DNA from: a virus
Lineage: Duplodnaviria; Caudoviricetes
Reading direction: 5' to 3' (one strand)
DNA: 64,000 bases
Virus record (IMG/VR): IMGVR_UViG_2531839534_000003
In this document: positions 1 through 8,059 of the stretch, piece by piece
How positions within the stretch are numbered: the first letter of the stretch is position 1
How the letters are laid out: each line of letters begins with the position of its first letter
Translations under genes and position numbers: made by a program
The notes under the pieces: generated by a model
Database searches by the model: none
What the model saw: the letters and a program-made list of their open reading frames with translations, nothing else
What the model was told of the DNA's origin: nothing

Positions 1-675
1 ATGTCAGATTTTCCTTCAGTAATGTCTAATTTACGTAAAGAAATAGTAAGAGTACCAGAGGCAATTAAACAATGTACTGGAATTTCGATTTATGGTCGTT
101 TAATTCGCTCAGTTATCTTTTCGACAGATGTTTCTATAATTGCAAATAATAATGCGGATGCAGTTTTGGCAGTTTACCCATTTACACCAAATCCAGCTAT
201 ATTAAAAAGTATCATGTTAGTTTCTTCGGTACCCGTTTTTGCAGGAGTTGGAGGTGGTCTGACAAAAGGTTTTCGTTCTGCAAATATGAGCCTTTTTTCA
301 GAATCAGAAGGTGCATTTGCTGTTGTTTTGAATAGTCCAACAGATGTTAAAACAATAAAACAAGTCAATCAACTCATTGATATTCCTATTATTTATACAG
401 TTACTTCAGCTGATGTGGATTTAAAAAGTAGAATAGAAGCTGGTGTAGATATCTTTAATGTTAGTGGTGGATCTGAAACAGTTGCTTTTGTATCTAAAAT
501 AAGAACTGAATTTCCAGATTTTCCCATCTTAGCTACTGGCGGACCAAGTGAGTCAAGTATAGAGGCAACTATAGCTGCTGGAGCAAATGCGATTTCGTAC
601 ACACCTCCTACAAATAGTGAATTATTTAAAAAGAAAATGGAAAGTTATCGTAAGCAACTTTCTAAGAAAAAATAA
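1..675 (+). CDS. Host conserved TIM-barrel protein (often annotated 'hydrolase'; function unknown)
   Basis: 224-aa ORF with beta/alpha repeats, GVGGG and phosphate-binding-like ATGG/AGANAIS motifs; lies outside the prophage boundary. Confidence 0.55.
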   Translation: MSDFPSVMSNLRKEIVRVPEAIKQCTGISIYGRLIRSVIFSTDVSIIANNNADAVLAVYPFTPNPAILKSIMLVSSVPVFAGVGGGLTKGFRSANMSLFSESEGAFAVVLNSPTDVKTIKQVNQLIDIPIIYTVTSADVDLKSRIEAGVDIFNVSGGSETVAFVSKIRTEFPDFPILATGGPSESSIEATIAAGANAISYTPPTNSELFKKKMESYRKQLSKKK

Positions 676-677
676 AC

Positions 678-706
678 TTGCAAAGCCTCTCTATCTAATG
701 TAAAAT
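678..706 (+). promoter_or_regulatory. sigmaA promoter for tRNA-Arg
   Basis: TTGCAA-17 nt-TAAAAT ending 13 nt before the tRNA. Confidence 0.6.
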
Positions 707-719
707 AGAATAGCTGAGT

Positions 720-791
720 GTCCCCTTAGTTCAATGGATATAACACCTCCCTCCTAAGGAGTAGTTGCTGGTTCGATTCCGGCAGGGGACA
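720..791 (+). tRNA. tRNA-Arg(CCT), host; prophage integration target
   Basis: GTCCCCT/AGGGGAC acceptor stem, anticodon loop CT-CCT-AA, T arm GCTGG-TTCGATT-CCGGC; no encoded CCA. Confidence 0.95.
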
Positions 792-804
792 TATAAATAA
801 TGTT

Positions 805-830
805 AAAAGCCTTTATTTAAAAGGCTTTTT
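805..830. terminator. Bidirectional terminator between tRNA-Arg and int
   Basis: AAAAGCCTTT...AAAGGCTTTTT inverted repeat. Confidence 0.75.
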
Positions 831-833
831 GTT

Positions 834-1913
834 TTATTCAATTAAATTTAGGGGCACAAAAGGGGCAGTTTGATTATTTATCAATTCTTTCATATTAACA
901 GTAGTGTGACTGTAAATAGATAATGTTGTCTTAGGGTCTGAGTGTCCTACTCTATCCATAATTGCGTTTAGAGGTATACCTTTTTCTGCCAAAAACGAAA
1001 TGTGCGAATGCCTGAATAAATGTGTGTGGTAATCACCGTAAATTTTTAGGCGCTTATTGATATACGCATTTAAAATTGGCAAACCTTTTGAGTTTGGGAA
1101 AACAAATTCACTCATTTTATTTTGTCGATTAATGATTTCTATAATGTTATCAGATACCGAAATTTTCCGAGTTGATTTTTTGGTCTTTGTTGTCGTGATT
1201 TCTCTAGTGTGGAAATCGTAAGTCGCATTAATCAAAATTTCTTTATTTTCAAAATCAATCTTGTCATAAGTCAAGCAAGCTAATTCACCGTACCTCATTC
1301 CAGTCAAAAACATTAATAAAACGATATCTGAGAGTTTTTGTTCATCATTGGCTATCATTCTACCGCAGAGGTCGTAAACCTCGTTAGAAGTTAAATAAAG
1401 TACCTTTTCAGGCATATATTCTTCTTTTGGTTTAGGGACTAAAACATTGTCGGTTGGATTGCTTGTCAAGTAGTCCATTTGTATAGCATAAGCAAAGATA
1501 GCATGTAGTCTTTTTCTGCATTTGTGCGTAACATGATAAGAATTGTTTTTTAATAGTTTTTCAATAAGCAGTCTGACATCACGTTTAGTTAGCTTGCTAA
1601 TAATCGTTTCATCTGGCAACACGGTTGCTATATGACTGTCAGACACTAAATAACCACGTTTTGTGGAATCTTTGACCGTCGGAATCCATTGATTTAAATA
1701 CTCACGCTTTAATTCACCATATGTCATTTCGGAATGATCTCGTGTAGCAAGCTTATCTTCAATTTTTTCTTGCAAGATAAGATTAGCTTTTTTCTGCGCT
1801 TGGCTCGAATTTTTATCTAATGTGACAGACACTTTTTTGTATTTTTTGGTCAATGGGTCAGTATAACGTTCAATATATTTAAACTTTCCATTTGATAATT
1901 CTTCAATCCACAT
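834..1913 (-). CDS. int: Tyrosine integrase
   Basis: TGMRYGE (R), HLFRHSH (HxxR), GHSD and YSH catalytic motifs; N-terminal arm-binding domain. Confidence 0.97.
   Translation of the reverse strand: MWIEELSNGKFKYIERYTDPLTKKYKKVSVTLDKNSSQAQKKANLILQEKIEDKLATRDHSEMTYGELKREYLNQWIPTVKDSTKRGYLVSDSHIATVLPDETIISKLTKRDVRLLIEKLLKNNSYHVTHKCRKRLHAIFAYAIQMDYLTSNPTDNVLVPKPKEEYMPEKVLYLTSNEVYDLCGRMIANDEQKLSDIVLLMFLTGMRYGELACLTYDKIDFENKEILINATYDFHTREITTTKTKKSTRKISVSDNIIEIINRQNKMSEFVFPNSKGLPILNAYINKRLKIYGDYHTHLFRHSHISFLAEKGIPLNAIMDRVGHSDPKTTLSIYSHTTVNMKELINNQTAPFVPLNLIE
850..868 (+). repeat. Putative integrase arm-type site, left
   Basis: AGGGGCACAAAAGGGGCAG, nearly repeated at 41862-41881; within the int 3' end as is usual for attL arms. 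Confidence 0.65.
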
Positions 1914-2065
1914 TGATAAAACCTTTCATTTTTGCTAAAATAGAGTACAAGAAAAGCATCTAAACTAGTCGAATTCGACCGGTTTAAACATCTTTTCTAA
2001 ACGTAATTGCCTTACACTCAAAGATTGCCGTCTGGAGAGTGTAGGGTGTTTTTTGTTATAAATAT

Positions 2066-2149
2066 AAAAAATAAAAGCCACACTCTTTTGAGTATGGCTT
2101 ACTGTCTGCTAGAGACAACGTCTTCTTTACTGCTCGCTAGGAGCTATGT
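2066..2149 (-). ncRNA. Candidate ~85-nt small RNA with two stem-CUAGC-stem-AGUAA repeats and an intrinsic terminator
   Basis: Own promoter at 2156-2184; repeats GCTC-CTAGC-GAGC-AGTAA and GTCT-CTAGC-AGAC-AGTAA; terminator AAGCCATACTC-AAAA-GAGTGTGGCTT-TTATTTTT; no ORF. Confidence 0.65.
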
Positions 2150-2155
2150 AATTGT

Positions 2156-2184
2156 AGTATAAGCCATTATTTTTAAAAAGTCAA
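2156..2184 (-). promoter_or_regulatory. Near-consensus sigmaA promoter driving the small RNA
   Basis: TTGACT-17 nt-TATACT on the minus strand. Confidence 0.75.
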
Positions 2185-2192
2185 TAAAAGCC

Positions 2193-2969
2193 TTATTTTC
2201 CTAAGTTAACTTGCAATTGTTGCTTATCTGAAAAATTAAGGACCTCGATATTATATTCTTTCAAAGCAATTAAATGATCGTCTTTAATATTTTGATATCC
2301 TTCATCGCTTACAATAATGTAAAGTTGTTCTTTATCACCATATTCATTTTTTCTAAACTCTGATGTATCGAGCCAACTTGAAAGAATTGTATCTACTTGT
2401 TGTTTTGTTATATTATTATGAACCCTAGCAATTTTTGATATCCCTTTACTCATGAATACAAAATTAAATCTATGTTCTAATCTAGACTTTCCAGCTATAG
2501 AGAAAGCAGGAAAAACATTATAGGAATCATTTTTCATAAAGTAATTTTTTACGTCATCTAAAAATTGAGATTTTACGTTATTTGGGTGTAGTTGTATAAA
2601 ATCATAAACATTGATTAAAAGTTGAGTCATATCATGGATAGTTTGTCCAAGGTTTTTTTTACTAGTGTTTCTTTCGATAGATTCTCCGACAAGTTCAAAA
2701 CCATTGTACTGTAGAAGAGAAGAAAATAAGTCTTTTCTTCTACCTTTGTTTGACATATCTATACCGTTGATAGAAAGGTTCCATAAAGTATAAGAATTAT
2801 CTGTAATCGTTAGTATTCTTCCGTTTGTTTTAACTGAAAAGCTAATAGATTCTCCAAAAGGATCAACGAAAGGAGTAATAACTTCTGTATGGTCAGCCGA
2901 GATTTCGTTAAAAACAGCATTTTCATACACGAAATCCAAATATTCTTTTTTTATTTCATTTGCATTCAT
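2193..2969 (-). CDS. DUF1828 (N-terminal) / DUF1829 (C-terminal, restriction-endonuclease-like) protein
   Basis: VITPFVDPFGESI...ITDNSYTL N-terminal pattern and FSIAGKSRLEHRFNF C-terminal pattern recognised by eye; lysogeny-module position. Confidence 0.7.
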   Translation of the reverse strand: MNANEIKKEYLDFVYENAVFNEISADHTEVITPFVDPFGESISFSVKTNGRILTITDNSYTLWNLSINGIDMSNKGRRKDLFSSLLQYNGFELVGESIERNTSKKNLGQTIHDMTQLLINVYDFIQLHPNNVKSQFLDDVKNYFMKNDSYNVFPAFSIAGKSRLEHRFNFVFMSKGISKIARVHNNITKQQVDTILSSWLDTSEFRKNEYGDKEQLYIIVSDEGYQNIKDDHLIALKEYNIEVLNFSDKQQLQVNLGK

Positions 2970-2993
2970 TACAGACTCCTTTCTTTTTATTGA

Positions 2994-3464
2994 TTATAAC
3001 AAATCTTGTTGAATTTTGATAGAAGCAGATTCTGGATTGTTTACATTCGTAAACTCTAAGAGGTTTGACAAATTTTCTAAAAAGTCATCACTGTTTTTTA
3101 TGGATTCATATGGTAAGGGGTAAGTTTTATAGTGAGTAGTTTCATCACCTTTCAAGTAATACTCTTTTTCAGAAAAAATATTAATTCTATTCCCCCAGAC
3201 CCGTTCTCCGTTTGCGTTCTTATGAAATTTATTGTTTAAATTAATTCTTAAAAGAGTATAATTGTGTTCTGTTTCTCTCAAATGAAAAACTTTACTATTA
3301 TCACTATAGAAATAGTTTAAAATAAATCTGGTATTATTTATACCGACAATATCTATTTCTCCTTTACTATTATTAGTAATAACAACATTATGATTTTTTG
3401 CTATTGTTTTTATCATCTTGATTAGTTGGTAGGCTTGATCATCATTAATCAAAAGTTCCTTCAT
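2994..3464 (-). CDS. DUF6978-like hypothetical protein
   Basis: LLRINLNNKFHKNANG motif resembles the LxRLD..G..H.NPDG pattern; directly upstream of the DUF1828 gene. Confidence 0.5.
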   Translation of the reverse strand: MKELLINDDQAYQLIKMIKTIAKNHNVVITNNSKGEIDIVGINNTRFILNYFYSDNSKVFHLRETEHNYTLLRINLNNKFHKNANGERVWGNRINIFSEKEYYLKGDETTHYKTYPLPYESIKNSDDFLENLSNLLEFTNVNNPESASIKIQQDLL

Positions 3465-3525
3465 TTTTTCTCCTAAATTAAATTCCTAAATTCTTCAACA
3501 ACCATCTGCTCATCACAGATGGTTT

Positions 3526-4308
3526 TTAAACTGGGTATTTCCCAGTAACTCTACCAATAATCCTAAAGTCGCTATTAGCATCAATCGGAATATCCTCGTA
3601 CTTGCTGTTTAGACTATGTAGAAACGCTCCGTTTTCGTTAATAAGCAACTGTTTAATATAAGCATCTCCATAGTATTCAAATACACCAATATTGCTATCT
3701 GAAAGTTCCACAGATAATTTTACAAATACGTAGTCACCAGAATAATACTCTGGTTCCATAGAATCGCCATAAACCGGTATGACAAAATCAGCGTCATAAT
3801 CGACTGGCAATTCAATCTGTTCAACTTGTACATCATTTAGATACTGCCCTGTACCAGCAGAAACGGGGTGGTCGTAATAATTATAGGTATAGTATATAAT
3901 TTGAGGTTCGTTTACTGTATTCTTACTGTTTTCTACTGTATTTTGTTCAGATAAAAGATTTTCACCGTAACTTATCCAATCACTATGACGAGGTTCTTTG
4001 AGCTCTTCATCTAGTAGAGCGACTTTGTTGTTGATATTAGGAGCAGTAGAAGTTTTGCTTGATTTAAAACGAGGGTCGATATCTGATTTTAATACTCCGA
4101 AAAAATCAGCTATTTTTTGAACGTTACCAGGTATTGGCAAGGATGTTCCTTTTATATATCCTGTCAAGGTGCTAGGCGGAATGCCCGTTCCTCTAGACAC
4201 ATCAATCTGCTTCCTGTTTTGAGTAATCAAGAAGTGATTTATGTTGTTAGAAATTATTTTCATATACTCTAAATCTTGAGGAGTTAACTTTCCTCTGCCT
4301 CTAGCCAT
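3526..4308 (-). CDS. cI: CI-like repressor (XRE HTH + S24 autopeptidase)
   Basis: HTH QIDVSRGTGIPPSTLTGY; SAGTG cleavage region; GDSMEP serine and YIKQL lysine. Confidence 0.93.
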   Translation of the reverse strand: MARGRGKLTPQDLEYMKIISNNINHFLITQNRKQIDVSRGTGIPPSTLTGYIKGTSLPIPGNVQKIADFFGVLKSDIDPRFKSSKTSTAPNINNKVALLDEELKEPRHSDWISYGENLLSEQNTVENSKNTVNEPQIIYYTYNYYDHPVSAGTGQYLNDVQVEQIELPVDYDADFVIPVYGDSMEPEYYSGDYVFVKLSVELSDSNIGVFEYYGDAYIKQLLINENGAFLHSLNSKYEDIPIDANSDFRIIGRVTGKYPV

Positions 4309-4344
4309 TAATTTATCCTCCTGTTGAACATCTACCTTAATTAT

Positions 4345-4437
4345 AGCGTATTAAATCGTATTTTGAAATAAAAAAATATAAAAAATTACGATTTTTTTCG
4401 AAAAACAGTTGACTTTCGAATTAATTCGTATTATAAT
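4345..4437. promoter_or_regulatory. Lysis-lysogeny switch: rightward promoter and three imperfect palindromic operators
   Basis: TTGACT(4409)-17-TATAAT(4432); AGCGTATTAAATCGTA (4345-4360), TACGATTTTTTTCGAA (4387-4402), TTCGAATTAATTCGTA (4415-4430, in the promoter spacer). Confidence 0.8.
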
Positions 4438-4483
4438 TAAATCAAGCTTAAGGAATTAAGCAAAACGAAAGGAGGTACAGCTA

Positions 4484-4585
4484 ATGAAATCTAGGCTAAA
4501 CAAAAAGCCTAAACACAAAGAACTAGAAGTCGAAATCAAGATTCTTTGGTTTAAGCTTAGGATTCACTACTCAATAGAGTGGTGA
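4484..4585 (+). CDS. 33-aa basic peptide MKSRLNKKPKHKELEVEIKILWFKLRIHYSIEW (not in ORF track)
   Basis: GAAAGGAGG RBS; first ORF after the lytic promoter. Confidence 0.6.
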   Translation: MKSRLNKKPKHKELEVEIKILWFKLRIHYSIEW

Positions 4586-4678
4586 CAATACCAAGAGGGC
4601 TAAGAAGCCCTCTCCCCTAACGGGGTAAGTTTAGTTTAGCACATTGGCTGTATCTCCGCAAGAATGAAAGGAGAGTAA

Positions 4679-4972
4679 ATGGATTTATTGAAAGTAGGTG
4701 GCATGACCTATAACGTTGTTATTCAGGAGCATTTCAAAGCTTATGATGATGATAGAAATCTCTGGGGGTATTGTGATTACGAACAACAAATCATATATAT
4801 TCGTGAGTCATTATCAGAGCAAAAGAAAAAGCAAGTGCTAGTCCACGAACTAACACATGCTATTCTACATGAAGTTGGCTACAAAGAACAAGATGAAGAA
4901 CTTGTTAGTCGTTTTTCAATCGGTCTACATCAGGTTCTTAAAGATAATCCAACGCTTACTTTTCAGTCCTAA
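4679..4972 (+). CDS. Standalone ImmA/IrrE-like zinc metallopeptidase
   Basis: LWGYCDYEQQIIYI...VLVHELTHAILHE (HEXXH); GAAAGGAG RBS. Confidence 0.85.
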   Translation: MDLLKVGGMTYNVVIQEHFKAYDDDRNLWGYCDYEQQIIYIRESLSEQKKKQVLVHELTHAILHEVGYKEQDEELVSRFSIGLHQVLKDNPTLTFQS

Positions 4973-5126
4973 CACCTTTGAACTTTCCACCAGTAGTTTT
5001 CGTGTCCATAAACTTGCCAGTAGATGTGTCACGCTTGGTATAAAGTCCAGTTTTAGGGTTATGAGACTGAGAGCGACCTTTGACGGCTCCGATACGACCG
5101 CCGCCTTTAGGGCCATTTTTCGCCAT
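4956..5126 (-). CDS. 56-aa Gly/Lys-rich protein MAKNGPKGGGRIGAVKGRSQSHNPKTGLYTKRDTSTGKFMDTKTTGGKFKGVRTEK (not in ORF track)
   Basis: AAGGAGG RBS; convergent with the peptidase with 17-bp 3' overlap; resembles a small protein family I recall from prophages (unverified). Confidence 0.8.
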   Translation of the reverse strand: MAKNGPKGGGRIGAVKGRSQSHNPKTGLYTKRDTSTGKFMDTKTTGGKFKGVRTEK

Positions 5127-5183
5127 GACTTATCCTCCTTTCCACTAGGATAAGTTGATTATAACATTTTTAGGAGGTACAAA

Positions 5184-5342
5184 ATGAATTGGAAAAAACT
5201 AATGTTTGGCGATCTAGAACACACGTTTACTAGTCGTGATGGTAAGGAAAAAACAAGTATTGAATTTGAAGGCGGCGTATTGCCAGCACTGTTAGTGTTA
5301 GGCGGTATCGCTTGGCTGATTGCTTGGTTTATTACAAAATAA
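5184..5342 (+). CDS. 52-aa phage membrane peptide (MNWKKLMFGDLE...WLIAWFITK)
   Basis: AGGAGG RBS; C-terminal hydrophobic segment. Confidence 0.7.
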   Translation: MNWKKLMFGDLEHTFTSRDGKEKTSIEFEGGVLPALLVLGGIAWLIAWFITK

Positions 5343-5373
5343 AAAGCCCGTTAGGGCGGAAAGGAGGGAGGAT

Positions 5374-5616
5374 ATGACAGTTGTTGATAAAATTTTTCGT
5401 GGTGATAAATGGTTTATACCTAAACCTAAAATTAGCTATACAAAACCTATGAATATTATAGTTTTTAGTAAACAAGAAAGATTTGATTTGTTTTTATTTG
5501 AAGCTCATAACTTTGATGAGGTATTTAAACAATTTGAAGAAGAGAAATTCAAGCCTTATAAATACACAGCTTGGGCATCAATAGACGAAACAATAATAAA
5601 GCTATTTAATTTTTAA
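5374..5616 (+). CDS. Hypothetical phage protein (80 aa; start revised to ATG 5374)
   Basis: AAGGAGGGAGG RBS before MTVVDK. Confidence 0.6.
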   Translation: MTVVDKIFRGDKWFIPKPKISYTKPMNIIVFSKQERFDLFLFEAHNFDEVFKQFEEEKFKPYKYTAWASIDETIIKLFNF

Positions 5617-6168
5617 ATAATCAATTAATTTATAAATTTTATTTATTTGATTTCTGAAATTATCTTGTTTCCAAAATGTATTTTCTTCTCTAACTCGCCC
5701 ATTGATTTCTCTGTAACAGTTAGTTGTTACGTGTGGTGAGGGATTGAATGGAAAAACATAGAACTTTTTAGAAGTTTGCACCTCTAAAAAATAATTTGAC
5801 TTTACAGTATTAGGGAATCTAAACACAAAATTATTAGCGTAAGTCGAATATGGGGGAATGATAAAAGGTACATAGCCATATTTGAAATTTGATGACTTTA
5901 CCTCGTGACTTTTTAATAATTCTCCATAATTTGATGCTTCGAATTGAAGTTTTTTCTCAGTGATAGTTAACCCTTCAATTGTAATTGGGCTGGAAGATTC
6001 ATTAATAAATGTGATTTTAACAATCATTTCCAATTCTTCAAGATTGAATTCCGCTTTCTGATTTGAAACTCCGAGTCTGAATGTAGATTTATATAATGGA
6101 ACAATAAATGAAAAAAACGAAATCAAAATCGATATTAAAGATATTACTAACGCCAACAATCGCTTCAC
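5602..6168 (-). CDS. Membrane-anchored accessory protein (moron; possible superinfection exclusion)
   Basis: N-terminal TM helix LLALVISLISILISFFSFIVPL; very AT-rich; antisense to the early operon. Confidence 0.55.
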   Translation of the reverse strand: MKRLLALVISLISILISFFSFIVPLYKSTFRLGVSNQKAEFNLEELEMIVKITFINESSSPITIEGLTITEKKLQFEASNYGELLKSHEVKSSNFKYGYVPFIIPPYSTYANNFVFRFPNTVKSNYFLEVQTSKKFYVFPFNPSPHVTTNCYREINGRVREENTFWKQDNFRNQINKIYKLIDYLKIK

Positions 6169-6213
6169 CTCGACATTTTTATTTCAATTATACCACAGAA
6201 AGGAGGTGGGGGA

Positions 6214-6429
6214 ATGCAACAAATTTCGCTAAGAGCACTACGAGTAAATTATAATTTATCAGCTAAAGAAGTTGCCAAAACTTTAGAAATTCATTATCAA
6301 ACTTTGTTGAAATATGAAAATGATAGCAGTAAAATTCCTCATGATTTGTTAAAAAAATTAGCTGATTTTTATAACGTTGATACGAATTATATTTTTTTAG
6401 GCAAAAAATACGAATTAATTCAAAACTAA
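6214..6429 (+). CDS. cro: Cro-like XRE regulator
   Basis: LRALRVNYNLSAKEVAKTLEIHYQTLLKYEN HTH. Confidence 0.85.
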   Translation: MQQISLRALRVNYNLSAKEVAKTLEIHYQTLLKYENDSSKIPHDLLKKLADFYNVDTNYIFLGKKYELIQN

Positions 6430-6450
6430 CACAACACTAGAAAGGACAAT

Positions 6451-7362
6451 ATGAATGAAGTAACTTTATCAAACAACTTGCAACAAATTGAATTAGAGAT
6501 CAACCACCATAAAAACATCGCTGGTCAGTCCATTTGGGAAATTGGTCGCAGGTTGAAACATGTTAAAGAGAACGACTTAGCGCATGGGCAATTTATGGAA
6601 TGGCTTGGAAAACTCGGAATAAATCAACCCGAAGCTAATCGCATGATGAAAGTGGCGAATGAACTTCCAAATTCTTCAACGTTGAGTAATTTAGGTAGCA
6701 CAGCCCTCTATCTCATCGCCACTCTTCCAGACGAAGCTAAGCAAGAACAGATTGAACGGATTGAAAGTGGCGATAACCCAACTGTCAGAGAGTTGCAAGA
6801 AATCAAGCGAGAGAACAACCGACTAAAAGCTGAAAATGCCCGTTTGGAGCAACAAAAAGAGAATTTAGCAGAGCAAACCTTGAGTGCTAAAATCGTTGAA
6901 AAAGAAGTTATCAAAGAAGTTATTCCTGATGATTATGAATCAACGAAGTCACTTAATTCAGACTTACTGAAAAAGAATAAACAACTTTCCAAAACGCTTG
7001 AAGAAACTGAATGGGAACTCGATAGCAAAAAACTGGAATTAGCGACAATAAAATTGGAGTCACAACGAGCTATTGAAGTAACAGACCAAATTCGTCATCT
7101 CGAGGGCAAAAAAGAAAAACTTGAGAACCTTGTCACTTCAATAAGTGAGCTATCTTCAATTATCAGTGATGTGCAAAACTTCTTTGATACGAAAATGGCA
7201 CCGCTTCGTTTTAAGCCGATTATCAACAATGTTAATGCGCATTATTCAGTTACAGAAGTGACCAAGATGGTTAACACAGTCCAGTCTTGGTGTGATGAAA
7301 TGTACAAAATCATTCCATCCGGGAATAGAAAAATTATAGAAGAGGTAATAATCAATGAGTAA
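6451..7362 (+). CDS. DUF3102-like phage protein with coiled coil
   Basis: IWEIGRRLKHVKENDLAHGQFMEWL motif. Confidence 0.7.
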   Translation: MNEVTLSNNLQQIELEINHHKNIAGQSIWEIGRRLKHVKENDLAHGQFMEWLGKLGINQPEANRMMKVANELPNSSTLSNLGSTALYLIATLPDEAKQEQIERIESGDNPTVRELQEIKRENNRLKAENARLEQQKENLAEQTLSAKIVEKEVIKEVIPDDYESTKSLNSDLLKKNKQLSKTLEETEWELDSKKLELATIKLESQRAIEVTDQIRHLEGKKEKLENLVTSISELSSIISDVQNFFDTKMAPLRFKPIINNVNAHYSVTEVTKMVNTVQSWCDEMYKIIPSGNRKIIEEVIINE

Positions 7363-7864
7363 AGAATTATCAAAAATGAACGAAAAAGACGCTCTTGAAG
7401 TCGTCAAAGGAATGACGCTTGAAGATATGATGATTGAGGTTTTATCTTCTCAAAAGCAAGTAAAAGCTTCCCAAGAAGCCATTAAAAAAGATGTTGAAGA
7501 AGTTCGGTCTTTAGCAATTGAAATTGATAAAAAAGTCCACATCGACGATGTAGAAGCTAGTGAAATCAAAAGTATTATCAGCAAACAAGCTTATGGTTTT
7601 GCTAAAGAATATTTTGAGGCATCAGGTAAAATCGCTAGTCAAAACCTATTTGCATCTAAAAAAGGTCAGTTCATCCGTTTGCAACATTCACATTTGAAAC
7701 ATCACTTCAACGTTACGAAATATACGCATATTAAGCATACTGATGCAGAAAAAGCGTTCTCTTATTTAAAATCACTAACATTTGACAGTTTCTCATTGTT
7801 TGAAATTCGTGAAACACCAAAACAAAAAGAAATTATCGCTTTAGAAAAAGGCGATGTAGCTTAG
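7355..7864 (+). CDS. ORF6C-domain-like phage regulatory protein
   Basis: LKHHFNVTKYTHIKHTDAEKAFSYL C-terminal pattern. Confidence 0.55.
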   Translation: MSKELSKMNEKDALEVVKGMTLEDMMIEVLSSQKQVKASQEAIKKDVEEVRSLAIEIDKKVHIDDVEASEIKSIISKQAYGFAKEYFEASGKIASQNLFASKKGQFIRLQHSHLKHHFNVTKYTHIKHTDAEKAFSYLKSLTFDSFSLFEIRETPKQKEIIALEKGDVA

Positions 7865-7875
7865 AAAGGAATCAC

Positions 7876-8049
7876 ATGGAACTAACAATCGCACAAAGTC
7901 TGACTGTAATAGCAATATTATTCCCTTTGCTGATTATGCTACTTAAGTCAGACAACACTTACACAATTGAGGTAGTGGAAGAAGAAGAAGAAATTGAACG
8001 TAATCCATACTATGGAGCGTATATGCAAAATCAAAGTGTATATCACTAA
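7876..8049 (+). CDS. 57-aa membrane peptide (MELTIAQSLTVIAILFPLLIMLL...)
   Basis: GAAAGGA RBS; N-terminal TM segment; not in ORF track. Confidence 0.6.
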   Translation: MELTIAQSLTVIAILFPLLIMLLKSDNTYTIEVVEEEEEIERNPYYGAYMQNQSVYH

Positions 8050-8059
8050 GGAGAATAAA

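Noticed and set aside
174-602. Short minus-strand ORFs inside the host gene
   Set aside because: Antisense shadows of a well-formed plus-strand CDS; no RBS
746-762. C-T mismatch at the top of the tRNA-Arg anticodon stem
   Set aside because: A single mismatch at 27:43 is tolerated in many tRNAs; no evidence of pseudogenisation
4857-5153. ORF-track ORFs 4857-5153 (+) and 4925-5116 (-)
   Set aside because: No RBS; the same DNA is better explained by the peptidase 3' end and the 56-aa minus ORF with a strong RBS
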